DNA of 64,000 nt, taken from the NCBI RefSeq assembly GCF_963676685.1, contig NC_092351.1:25482001-25546000 (forward strand), given 5' to 3'. The notes under the pieces were generated by a model. That model made no database searches, was not told the DNA's origin, and saw only the letters and a list, made by a program, of their open reading frames with translations. The position numbers and the translations under genes are program-made. Positions within the stretch are counted from its first letter, which is position 1. Each line of letters begins with the position of its first letter. Origin of the DNA: Mytilus edulis (lineage: Eukaryota). Of this stretch, positions 1-12,904 are shown piece by piece.

Positions 1-611
1 CATCGTTTTCCGTCACATTGTACAAGAGAGTCGAAAGACACCAAAGTGACATTCAAACTCATAAGTCGAAAATAAACTGACAATACAATGGCTAAGGAAG
101 AAAAAGACCAACAGACAAAAACAGTACACTAAACACAACATAGAAAACTAAAAACTGAGCAACATAAACCCCACAAAAAACTGGGGATGAATTCATGTGC
201 TTAGATACTTGGATTGCTTAATTCCATTACTATTGCATTTATCTATCTTGTAAGCTTTTTTCGGGTGTAGTGTTTCTTGGAATTCATACAAATATATTTG
301 GTCTATATAAATGAGGTGGCAAATTTAAAGACTCTAAACCCAAAAGACATACATGTACGGTAATAAATAACAGAAGATCTTCAATCATCACCAAAATGAC
401 AAAATGACAAAATACAATTAGATCAGATATAACATGTATAAGACATTCACTAATGAGGACTTGCTTCAGGCACATGCACTTGGGAGGGAGAGAGAAGGGT
501 AGAATAGACTTTCTTTATCCTATAAGAATATTGGAATATTGTAAAAACAAACAAATTCTATTAAATTTCCTTAATTTAATTTTAAATTTGTGTTATATTG
601 TTTTATTTTAG

Positions 612-1543
612 GTACAGCGAAAGGTTTCAGCAAACGACATAAAGAGCCTTCATACTGATGCAGAAAGACTGGCAAGATTATTTCGTAAACGGCATTGCAC
701 AGTCACCATTACTAATCTGTTGGATGTTAGTTAATTCAAATATATATTATTTTCTAGATCAAGATTGCATAACAATACATTTGCATTTACAAAATGATTT
801 TTAAGGTTTCAATTATTTCTATTATGGAGTAAAATTGTACAATGATATATGAACTAGACTTCTACTGGAGTATGTGATGTCGTAAGATGGATCCATATAT
901 CCACAGTGTATAACCACTTTATATTGTTTAATAGACGGGGTTTCGGAAATACATTATTTGTAAAAAGAATCAGAACTGTAAAAACACATTTTCTACGTTG
1001 ACACTTTTTTAAATACGAATTATATATAACTAAGAGATATCGACATACATACATATCAAAGATATATTGAGATAAACCTACAGTAAACCAGTATAGTGTT
1101 AATGAAATATCCAACCAGAGTAAGTTTTACACCATCAGCCTCCGTATGAGGTTTAATCTATATATAATTAACCCTTTTTCAAGGCAATATGTAGAAGACA
1201 GCCCTTTGTTTGGCTCCTGTTTGAACCTGATATTTCGTTTACATTATAATTTCTCTTTCAGAAATTCAATGAACTATTGGAAAGTTTGCCGGACTATAAA
1301 ATACATCTAAAAACTCCAGAGGTATCAACGTTCACTGAGAGATGTCTAGAAACTATATGGTTAATGTTAAACCAAGAACCGCCTATGTCATTAGAATGGC
1401 CTCAGCAAGGAGAAACATTTGATACCACATTGTATAAATATTACAACAGGAAAGGATTTAATGTGAACTTTCCTGTCTGGCCAGCAGTGTTAATGTATAA
1501 CAAAGGACCAGTACTGTGTAAAGGATTTGCTGTTCCCATGTAA
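612..1543 (+). CDS. G1: MIEAP/SPATA18-like protein, 5'-partial (last two exons)
   Basis: Exons 612-725 (VQRKVSANDIKSLHTDAERLARLFRKRHCTVTITNLLD) and 1262-1543, AG/GT bounded, phase 0. Last exon ERCLETIWLMLNQEPPMSLEWP...VWPAVLMYNKGPVLCKGFAVPM* matches the MIEAP C-terminal motif seen in the other paralogues. Confidence 0.85.
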
Positions 1544-2070
1544 CAACTGCTAGTACAATAAATACTTTGAATTGTTTTACATTTTCATATCGGGGCCTTT
1601 TATAGCTGACTATGCGGTATGGGCTTTGCTCATTGTTGAAGGCCGTACGTAATGTCTGGGTGATTTTGGTCTCTTCATACCACATCTTCTTTTTTATATT
1701 TATAACTCACTTTAACACTTGTATTTTGGCTCGTAAATCCAAGAAAAATAACTAAAATGTATCCCTTTATAACTACAAATTTAATTTAGCATCTGCTTTG
1801 TAAGAGTTCACGATTCAAATACCATCTGAGAAAAATGAAAAGTATTTCCTTATCGTCTGCTGCAATCTAATTTTAAAAATGAGTAGAGTAGAATGTTCAA
1901 ACTTGACCAAATAAAATTGATAGTGTTCCCGTTCAAATTGTTTTACCTTTTAAAATACATTGTATTTTATATATGTTATATATGGTTAATAAAATGACTG
2001 CTAGTTCTTTTCAAGCAATTTACCTTATTTGCAAATGTGAATCAAACAAATGAATGTGTTAAATATGTTC

Positions 2071-2354
2071 TTTTTATGCTCCATTTATGAGTATTGTGTT
2101 TTATGGTCTGTGCGTACGTCCGTCTGTTCGTCCGTTCGTCCGTCTGTCCTGCTTCAGGTTAAAGTTTTTGGTCGATGTAGTTTTTGATGAATTTGAAGTC
2201 CAATCAACTTGAATCTTAGTACACATGTTCCCTATGATATGATTTTTGTAATTTTAATGCCGCATTAGAGATTTCCCCCCATTTTCACGGTCCACTGAAC
2301 ATAGAAAATGATAGTGCGGATGCCCCATCCGTGTACTGGGGACACATTCTTGTT
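2071..2354 (+). mobile_element. Non-autonomous Helentron/HINE-like (DINE-1-like) element
   Basis: T-rich start, (GTCC/GTTC)n microsatellite, conserved core and 3' end ...gtactggggacacattcttgtt; matches three other copies in the window. Confidence 0.7.
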
Positions 2355-4567
2355 CTTTGAGAGTCTACATTTCAAATTTAAAGCTTATAAAGTTTTATAA
2401 TTGGCTTTGTCGATTGGTTGAATAGGCATGTCCTTGTCTGCATGAATGTCTCTAGTTGGGCAGTATTTTTCTAGTTTGGAATTTAGATGAAGGAAAAAGA
2501 TGAATGTTTCAAAAAGTGGAAATTTTAATGCATGTGTAAGGAATCAATTGTCTTTTAGCGTGATTTAGAAATGTAAGTAGTTTTTACTTCCTTTATTTCT
2601 TTTCTTCAAAAAGATGAGTAACACTAATCACATTGTCAAAAAATAACAAGATTTCGAGGAAAAAGCAATGCCATATTGAAGAAAAGACCAAAAACACAAT
2701 TGTCAAAAGAAAAAGACGAAAAAGCAAACAACTTATCAACTGTCCACACGTCTTCGCACAGAAACATTATGACAAAATAAAACGCATAGCATAAAAAACC
2801 AAGGGTTCCTGAAAGAACAAGCATATTCCGATCCACTGATTGGACCCATCGCGTTTCACATATATGTGGTTATCTGTGATGCTGATATGCCATGTTACAA
2901 CAACACAATAGCATTCATGAAATTCGGATAGTAGATAGACATGTACGACGAATGGTCCGGAACATATACTTTGAACTCAATATCTATCCTATTACGGTTT
3001 AAGTTATAAGAAGATGTGTTATGAGTGCCAATGAGACAACTATCCATCAAAGTCACAATTACCATTAAACCAATAAACCATCATAAGTCAAAGTACAGTC
3101 TTCAACACGGAGCAGTGGCTACACCGAACAGCAAGGTATAAAGAGCCCCCAAAATGACTTGTGTACATAAACCATTCAAACTGGAAAACCAACGGTCTAA
3201 TCTATATGAAAAAAACGCTTATGAACCACATCATCAAGCGACAACCACTGAACATCAGGTTCCTGGCTGGTTTTACATGTATCAGTCCACTGGTAATACG
3301 GTAGATAAAACGAAGTAGATTAACGTTCCAGTGTTTTAATTATTAAACTTGGTGGAACTCTGTCATAGGCTCCCAGTTCATAATGTTCCATTAATATTAC
3401 TTCGAAGTTAGTCTAATATTTAAATAAATCTGGGCTGTTACAGAAAAACAAATCCCTGTTAGCATATAAAAAGTGTTCATACTAGGGATCGATGGAAAGT
3501 TTATTGGAAAGAAAAAAAGCAATCCGGCATTGAGAGCTGATTTTAGTTATCATATAGCTGCATATGTGAAAAAAAAATAACATTCTATTCACGGATACAA
3601 ATATTGGAATATCGATTACTTAAGTCTAATAATAATGTTTCTTTTAATATTCTAAATGCATATCACTAAAATATGAGAATATAACTAGGTCAGTTTATTA
3701 AGTGGCAAGGTATGAAATATAAAGAAAAAAGTCATTGTGATATAATGTTCTTTCTTTTGGGCATTTAATATAATTGTCTCTTTGTTTTAGAGACATATAA
3801 TTTCTTTATTTTCTTTATTTATACACATTTAAAATGTTCAGTTCAATGAAATGGAAGATTGAAAAGTGTTTATATCAAACAAAGAAAGTCAATAGCAGTT
3901 TGAAACTTTTATCGTTGACTAATTTCCAATGACTAATAAATAGGACAATTTAATTTAAGTCAAATATTTAAAATTTGAAGATTGAATTACGACTGATTGA
4001 ATTTTGAAGATATTTATAAAAGGTAAGCAACATATTTTACACTTGTGTCTCCGGACTCTATGGCAAGAAGAGAGGCTTAAGATACAAAATGGACATTCAA
4101 ACTTATGAATCGTAAACAAACTCTGACAACGCCATGGCAAAAAACCGAACTTTATTTCATAACAATAGATTAGAACGATAACAAAATAAACAAAACAATG
4201 GCATCAACATTCTAATGTTACAGAACCTTAAAACAAAAACAAGGTCGACGATTTTAAAGTTTTTTTTTAAATTTGAACACATTGCGAAAAATTGGGAAAC
4301 ACTGATGGTATGTTGCAAAATGCGCAAACGATTGCATCAATTCGAAATTATGTACTGAACTGCAGATCTAATTAAAATTGCTTGCCTGAACATTTGGTTT
4401 TCTTAGAATCTGGTTTTTTTTTTTGTTATTTTGTTTTGTATTTTCAATTTTTTCAACAAATATACAAATTTACATTTAAACAGATAATGAAGCAAGGAAT
4501 GAAACAAGTACGTGTCTGATACATGTACATAATAAACAGACTGCCTCACATAGTGTACTGTCAATAA

Positions 4568-7500
4568 ATGTATTCAATGGCGCTGGTACCGGTGAGGGCC
4601 AAGTATATCAACTTGTCATCCGACTATTCACCGAGACTGAACATAGAAACTGTCGTACAGGATATGCAAGTGTTTTATCCTAAACACGTCTTGGATGCTG
4701 CTAAATACGAGTATATCGACCTCCTAAAGACGGAGAACCTCCTCCATACAAAGTACCCGGAACAGGTTAGTCAAATCAGATTTCATTGATACAATACAAT
4801 ACTAATGATACCAATTTTACTGTATCAGATGTACTTCCGACAAATAGTGTCTATTCAGTGATATTCGAGGCCAAAATAATTGAAAAAACCCCATCTCTTT
4901 TTATATAAAAAATGAAGAGCTGATAAACCATAAAATTTCATATGCCAAATAAACGAAATCTTCCAGATGTTGATATACGTAATGCTTGGTTATCTTATAT
5001 TCCTTACTGTAATAAAAGAGGGACGAAAGATACCAGAGGGACAGTCAAAATCATAAATCGAAAATAAACTGACAACCCCATGGCTAAAAATGAAAAAAAT
5101 GACAAACAGACAAACAATAGTACACATGACACAACATAGAAAACTAAAGAATAAGCAACTCGAACCCCACAAAAAACTAGGGGTGATCTCAGGTGCTCCG
5201 GACGGGTAAGCATATCCTGCTCCACATGTGGCACCCGTCGTGTTGCTTATGTGTTTACAAATCCGGTAAATAGTCTAAACCGGTAGGTCACATTCATGGA
5301 AGGGAAGGGGATTGTAGTTACGACGCAAGGAACATTTCCGATATCATTTGTGAAACGGTTATTCCATAACGGTCAATCAACTCGTGATGGCGTCCGTAAA
5401 ATTTACGAAGGGATGATTTCAACTTCACCATTTGGAACTCTTGGTTTAATAGCTTGCTTGTGAGCAGCAACCCTCTATCGTGAAAATCATGATAGGAAAT
5501 GCAAGCATGGGAATATCGTATCAATTGGGAGATATATACCCCGTATGAAGGTGCTGCTGGAATGTTGCTACTTAGAAATGGAAAGTTCACATTTGGAAAG
5601 CTGAAATCATCTCTTTTGTCGTAAAGTTTTGTTTTCAACCGACCCTCATTGTCAATTTCTAGATTTCAATAACACCGATGAATTTACAAATCTCTTGAAT
5701 ATTTTGACTTTATAAACTTTTTTTAATCAAAAACAGATACATGTAGATGTTAATTTTGTTTAAATATGACATTACCATGAGCTAAATTAATTTTTTGATT
5801 CTCTTTCTATAGTTTCGGAGCCTGGTCAAGAATGATGACAAAGTTTATGTCAGTGAAGCACAGTTCCCCACTCTGTCTGTCAGCAAACTGTATCAAGTGT
5901 TGAAAACAGCCGAGAGACACCGAAGATCGGCTTGGAGAAACGCAATGCTGGAATTTATATCACTGCAACGTATACAAAAACTGTTTGTTCAACTTGAGGG
6001 GGACAATGTAAGTTTTAAAAATCATTAACTTTAGATAAGGTTACCTCCAAAGAAAAATCCACAAAATGCAGTGCACATTGCGAGAAAACCAAAATATAAG
6101 GACCAAAAGCTGCCGTAGAAAAAGATAAAATTGGTTTCCATCCTCAACAAATTCTCCTGCTCAACTCCAAAATTTTATCATTATGGTCGTCCATTTACCA
6201 TGGGTTTCCTCACATTTCCTTCAAAACTGTAGACAAGATGAATGTGCAGTATTTTTTTCATTAATTGCTACCAAAAACTCCACACGCATAACAAACGTTC
6301 ATTAATTGCTACCAAAAACTCCACACGCATAACAAACGGATTAACGAAGTTCTATATTCTGATCATCTGTGTTATACAATGATTTGATGTTGTTGCAGAA
6401 TAAAGCAATCTATAGAAATTTATTTATAAAAGGTTTTATACTGAAATACATCTGCAGTTTTCATACTTTTCAGAAACATTTGAAGAAAAACCGTCAAAAT
6501 CCAGAAAGAGTGAAAATAGGTCTAATAGGGAGACTAAGTCCACCTACACCACCAAAGTCCCCAAACATGATAGTCACTGCAAGATCCCAGAAATCTCCAT
6601 TATACATAAGAAAGGATGGGTTTGTTTCTGCCGATGAATATGATGAAATGAGGCTAGAACTGACTAAGCGGGATAATGCTATTCAAGAGTTAACAAGCAG
6701 GTACAGTTTATTTGTAATCTTGAAGAACTTTGAGTCAGTATGCTTTATTTTGTCTTGTCTTTTCTATTCTTTTTGGAATTGATTTGTAAAGTAGGTTATA
6801 TCATTAGCATGTAAAATATGTTTCCTTGAAGTCCAGTGACAAATATTTCATTAAAATACAGCGCATCTAATCACATAAGTATCAAAAATATTATTTAAAT
6901 ATTACACATGTTGATGATGAGTTGTATGTTAATGTTTTCTTAAAGTATTTTTTTTTTTTTTTTTTTTGTCATCCTGTTTGGCATACGTTTTCGATGTCTT
7001 AAACACCTATACAAGTTAGATAAAGAAATATGCATATTTAGTATCGAATTGATAGTGTTGAAAGGAAAACATGTTACATTTTTGAAACCAATAGTACAAT
7101 ATCTTGAAGACACTTAAAAACTGAGATAAACAAAAACATATGTCACATATTTACCTTTCTTTCAAGTCGGTTCACTACTTTTGAGAAGTAACTTGAGACA
7201 TCAGCGCAATATCATTTCATGGGTACCATCGTCCTATACATTACAGGGTTAGCGCCTTAGCCAATCAGCACATCTATGATGGGTTCCCTACATTCAAGTA
7301 CGCCAATGAAACCGTCAATTCTACTAACATAGCTGAAAAATTTGCTCTTGTGTTTGAAAACGAATGGAAGGCTGCATATGAGGATTTAGCAGACAGAGGC
7401 TACCACGATGAAGAAATTGTATATAAGTTGATGAGAGTTATAAGGGTAGGTTTTGATATATATTTTTAGATTATTTTGTAATCTTATTTCATTATTCCAT

Positions 7501-9362
7501 GAACAAAAAAACAGGATATTTCATTTGAATATACTTTTTATGTTGAAACCGTATGAAAATTGTTATCATTTTCCAAGTATGTATTCTGCTTGTCAGGCAT
7601 CAAGAGGCATCAATGAAACATATCAGCTTTCGCATAAGAAGATATTTAAAAAATGGTTTGCAATTAGAAGACATAACCTTTCTAACTGCTCTGTGTTTAA
7701 TAGGGCTCATGTTATTTCTTTTTATGAACTATTATATTATATGTAAGCTCATGATAGAAATGCACAAGGAAGAGAGTTTGACATTTTACTTTGACAACAA
7801 CAACAACTTAATATAGAAAGGATTTGCCAATGAGACAGGTATCAATAAGATTTCATTTTTATATGTTTTTATTTTTATTTTAGTATGCATATCCTTTCTG
7901 TCAACAAATAGCAGAGGACCAAATAATAGAACTCATTCACACAATGGAACATCCAAACGTCCGACAGAAGAATATTTACTCTTTAGACAAGGTAATTTAA
8001 AAATATATATATATCATAACACACACATACATTTTAACGCCCTCAGGTTATTTTTATATAAATTAGTTTTTTGTTTGTTTCCGTGATAATCGTGGCTGTG
8101 CTTTATCATGTGTTGTATGTATCATGTATTATTTTATTGTCCATTGAAGTGATGATTTCGATGTTTTTGACATATATGTTTTCGGTTTTTTTATGTTGTT
8201 TAACATACTCCTCTCACAAAATATATCTTCATATATGGAACAACCGTTTAATAATTTTGTATGTTGCAGGGATCATTGATACACGGATATAAATCACCAC
8301 TTCAGTTACCGTCAGGTGTTGCTACTAGGTTAGCTAAGGAATACAGGAGAGCAAGTTCTACATTGTCTGTTCCTAGTGTTATACAGGTATAGGTTAAACA
8401 TTATTCAGTACTGTAAAATACATAACTGGATACTTGACAGTACCATTAGATTCTGTTGAAAGTTATAATTATAAATCATGTATTGCATATTATCAGCAAA
8501 CAAACACTATGATTGCATTTTAGATCAAATCGAGATACAGTGTATAGTAAATTGCAAACAACGAGGTTAACAGACACAGATTCAAGTAAATATTACTCCA
8601 GGAATATATGTTACCTTCGCCATAAATGTCAAAACCTTTCGAATTTCGGGTTATCAATGCTCTTTATCTGACAATGCCTTTGCAAAAACGATCTTAAGAC
8701 AAACAACATTATACAAAACACAACATAGAAAACTATTTAAGGTGGTACCTAACACTACAGGGAGATAACTCTGTAATATCAGCTAAACGTTTCAATTACG
8801 TTGCGTTGTGAAGGCAATATAAAGCTCCTCAATGATCAAAATTAGTGTTTGTCAAACTGCTATATAACCAGTGTAATTTTTCTGACAAAACGGTTGGTTC
8901 AAAATTTTTTAAATTTTTATATTTTTGTAAAAGTGTCAAAATAAATTCTTTGACAAAATTTTATGAAAATTAAACGAGCCAAATTAATTTTAGTGAAAGT
9001 GTTGGGTACCACCTTAAGACTGAGTAACATGAACCCCACAATTTATTCATTACTTTAACGGTAAAGTTTTTGTTTATTTACAGTATTTCAAGGAATCTAC
9101 AGCTTCTAGATTAGAACTGAACTATAAAACATTGGTTTCTATGAACTCATATATAGACAAATGTGTTGAACTCATATGGTACATGTGTGTACAAGACCCA
9201 TCGATGATTCTAAGATGGCCAGATCCTGACGATGCTATGGACCCAACAATTTTTAAATACTACAAGAAAAAAGGAACTGTTGTCAAACATGCTGTATGGC
9301 CAGCTTTATATTTACATGACGCTGGTTTGATGTTGAAACGAGGCTGCGCAAGACCTTACTAA
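4568..9362 (+). CDS. G2: MIEAP-like protein, ~440 aa, 7 coding exons
   Basis: Exons 4568-4765, 5813-6007, 6474-6700, 7247-7445, 7884-7991, 8270-8386, 9084-9362; all GT-AG, frame closes at 1323 nt. Contains NIAEKFALVFENEWKAAYEDL and YIDKCVELIWYMCVQDPSMILRWP...VWPALYLHDAGLMLKRGCARPY*. Confidence 0.87.
5014..5663 (-). mobile_element. Penelope-like retroelement 3' fragment (RT C-terminus plus terminal repeat; repeat family A)
   Basis: ORF 5318-5638 KTKLYDKRDDFSFPNVNFPFLSSNIPAAPSYGVYISQLIRYSHAC resembles the C-terminal RT region of PLE-type elements. Its non-coding end (aaaagagggacgaaagatacc...) recurs many times in the window. Lies in G2 intron 1. Confidence 0.72.
6257..6338. repeat. Perfect 41-bp tandem duplication
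   Basis: ttcattaattgctaccaaaaactccacacgcataacaaacg x2 in G2 intron 2. Confidence 0.92.
8741..9013. mobile_element. MITE with TTAA target duplication (Kolobok-like)
   Basis: TTAA 8737-8740 | ggtggtacctaacact ... agtgttgggtaccacc | TTAA 9014-9017. GG...CC termini with TTAA fit Kolobok rather than piggyBac. Confidence 0.8.
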
Positions 9363-11553
9363 TAATTTCTATAATAATATATCAAACAATCTAAACTTGT
9401 TTAAACTTTCTCTATATGTTTATAACTATCCTCTAACTGTTTCAAATGCTCTTTGATTTCGAAATATTTAATTATTCAGATAACTATTTGATATTCCACT
9501 TGTGATGCGAATGAATAGTTAACAAAGTCTCTAGTATTAAATTAAAAAAAATAAGGCATGTTTATGAAAACAGGCATGTTAATTACATTTTGGAAAATTT
9601 GCCTCAGTAAGCGATGTGTGTTTATTTTGAACGATATTTATTGATTAAATCATTGTATGTTTGAGTTATATATTAGATAGTTTATATTAATGAAATACAA
9701 ATGATAGTGAATCTTTTTTGATATCATTCATGTACTTCTTATCATATCAAATATTCATTAAAAACAATTTCACATCGTTTAAGTGGTTATTTTAATCCTC
9801 CAGTTGGAGACAGGACGAAATGCCATGGAAATGGTAACAGGAAAAATAAACTATTTTAAAAAAGATAACAACAAGTAATGAGTAATAAAGGTAAAAAAAA
9901 AGGTACTCAAAGAGAAAGAATAAAAACAAGACGACAATACTAGAGATGTTGGAAAATACATAAAGATAATCATCACTAAGGGTATTTTCGTTTTGTCTGA
10001 TTTTGTAATTTTCCCATTTAGACATCATGTTTGAGTTTTGAATTCCATGAGTTGTGATGCATACATGGAGACCCTAACCGTGCCAACATACACTTTCTCG
10101 TTCCTTATAAAGGCCATTTGGTTCTCTTAGTATTTTGTTTTCCTTAGGTTTGTGTCTTCTTAAAGGATTTGTTAGATTTTAACATTGATAAACTACTCTT
10201 GCTTGAAATAACTAACATTGGTCTGCTGTTGTTTTTTTTTTTTTTTTTTTTTACTATGGTCGGGTTGTTGTCTCTTTGACACATTCCCCATTTCCATTCT
10301 CAATTTTATTGTTATGGCTGTTGGACTATCATGTCCAGAGGATATCATCCGCAAAGTAATCAGTGATCCGATATTGGTATGATTTAGATGGTATATTTTG
10401 TGTATTAATCCGTTCATTAAATCATATATTTTATTAAAGCAGAAGCTGCAACTTAATCTGCCAAAAATCTTAGACAAACATGGCTCTTCTATTTTTATCA
10501 TTAGGTATGGTCTTTGCGACTTATAGAAATTTACCTTATTTTTGCTTTTATTTCTTTGTGTTTCGAGCTTAGCTAGTAATTATTTTAGAAATACGTATGG
10601 ACATAGCCGAACACAATTCATAACCTCAAAACGATAAAAACAAGACATAAACACATTTACAAAACTATTAGCATTACGAACCAAGGTTATGTCAAAGAAC
10701 GGTTCGTTCTTTTGCAAAAAAAAAAAGTTCATTATAAGATACCAAGACCTTTTTAATGACTATTCCCTATCAGCTTCACAAATAATACACGATGGTCTTA
10801 GGAGTATTGATTCTAGGTACATACATTGTCTGTCATCTTAATACTAGAAACGTGATATAATGTTCTTTTATTTGTCTTCTAAATTATTGATTTTACTGTT
10901 TATTCTATTTTTTTATAATATCCATTTGACGTGATTCGATACTTATATATCTCTTCATTGTGCTATTGTGCTATTGTAATATATGACAGTTGCTATCCAT
11001 TCGTTCAATGTGTTTGAGCTTTTGATTTCAACTATGATTAGGGACTGTTCGTTTTGAATTTTCCGAGGAGTTCGGTATTTTTGTTATTTTACTAAACAGA
11101 GGAGATGGATTAGAACTAATTGCACGTAATGTAACGTCATCTACATTTAAAGCTTACCGTGGGAAAAGAGAAAAAAAGATGTTCGTTTGTATAGTCTGCT
11201 ATATATTTGTTGTGGTACAATTATCTGTAATGCTAACAATAAAAACACACTAACAATTAATACAATTTCCGTTATCGTCAAAGACTTGAATTTGAATGTC
11301 TTAAGAATTTTAAACTGATTTGATCTACACAGAACAATCACAACATTTTTAATTCGAGTGGCAGTGATGAGTCTTGCGAAAAGTGCGTCTAGCGTACAAC
11401 TTGATGAGGTTTAAGTTAATACAATATAGAAATACAACTAGGTCAGATTGTTTCCTTTTTACAGGGAAATCGGAAACACAATGGCCACAGAGTGCCAACG
11501 CTCTTCAACTTTACACTTACAATGTATGTGGTTTTCTAACCATTTCGATCTGA

Positions 11554-11597
11554 GCGTCACTAATGTGTCTTATGTAGACGAAACGAGCGTCTGGCGT
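11554..11597 (+). ncRNA. Degenerate type I minimal hammerhead ribozyme motif
   Basis: gcgtca-CTAATGT-gtct(tatgt)agac-GAAA-cgagc-GTC-tggcgt. Stems I/II, GAAA and GUC are intact; the CUGANGA box has two substitutions. Confidence 0.55.
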
Positions 11598-12904
11598 ATC
11601 AACATTATAAGCCTGGTACCTTTGATAACCAATTGATCCTATTTAGCGTTATTCGTTCAATGGCAATGTATTTTGTAAGGTTTTTTCTTGATTTAAAAAA
11701 AATAATATTTTTGATGGGAAGATGATTTAATTATACAATTACTGTCTTTTGATGATGTAAAAATGTTTAATTGATTTTTGAGAAAAAAAACTGATATTCA
11801 CTGGGGCAACGGCCGAAGTGAATATCAGTTTTTCAAAAGTCAATTAAGAGTAAAATCACAAAAAATACTGAACTTAGAGGAAAATCAATTCGGGAAGTCC
11901 ATAATCACATGGCAAAATCAGATAACAAAACGCATCAAAAACGAATGGACATGAACTGTCATAATCCTGACTTGGTACAGGCATTTTCAAATGAAGAAAA
12001 TGGTGGATTAAACCTGGTTTTATAGCGCTAACCCTCTCACTTTGGTGATGTATTTTCCGAAACAAAAGACAGTAATTGTTTTATTCAATATTCCGAGAGA
12101 AATGTATGTGATGGAAATTATTCATAAAAAAAATCAAACATCAAACGTTTTTTATCACAATTACACACGTAAAAACACGCGACGTTTTGCGCTGAATACA
12201 CGATTTCCGCAGGTGAATATACTAATTTATTCAAAACCCCATTCATAAAGAGAAACCTACTAAAGTTTTATGATTAAAAAAAATTAGATATTCGAACAAG
12301 CTTTTAGCTACCGATCATGCAACATATTTGGTCATTGCTCAGTTATTTTAGACACAATGTGATGTTCAAATGCAGGTGAGATACACAATAAACGAATACA
12401 ATATGTCTACTAGTCAATATTTATTTTGTTACATAAATGTAATATTTTCTTCGATCTTTGTGAGTAAAAAATGTTTTAAAGGTCAATATGCCCAATCAAT
12501 TACATGAAAGACAGCAATAACAGCAATATTAACATCTTACCAATGTCCTGGGAAAATGCAGACAAAACTAAATAAAATATTTCTGTTTCAAATATTTTGA
12601 TTCTGTCATTGATACAGTTGTTCGAAACCAAATTCATAATTTGACGAAAAAGAAAAGCTTGAAGTCTAAATAATAAACTATGCACATGTTGACAGTCAAT
12701 ATATCTGTATCGTGCAACTTTGAAATAGCAAAATAATTTAGATTGTTCACGTTTATAAGCAATAGTTTAAAAACGATACAATTATCTGGTTAAAATATAT
12801 GTTAATCTTCGAGTTGTAAAATACAATGTCAACCGTTAATTTTGGTATTGTTTAATTGTAAGTTAATCACTTGTATTGTAGCGAAACGAACTTACTTATT
12901 CAAA

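Noticed and set aside
4990-5234. Recurring 'MPHVEQDLLTLPEHLRSPLVFGGVRV' ORFs (also at 32861 and 59685)
   Set aside because: Translations of the non-coding end of repeat family A, not host genes.
9554-9581. Possible p53 response element (AGGCATGTTT-8 bp-AGGCATGTTA)
   Set aside because: Attractive because SPATA18 is a p53 target, but it has a long spacer and one mismatch, lies 3' of G2, and such half-sites are common by chance.
9790-10501. Minus-strand stretches that look weakly coding (ORFs 9792-10028 and 10193-10501)
   Set aside because: Interrupted by stops and a repeat, with no recognisable motif or consistent splice chain. Possibly a decayed TE; BLASTX would be needed.
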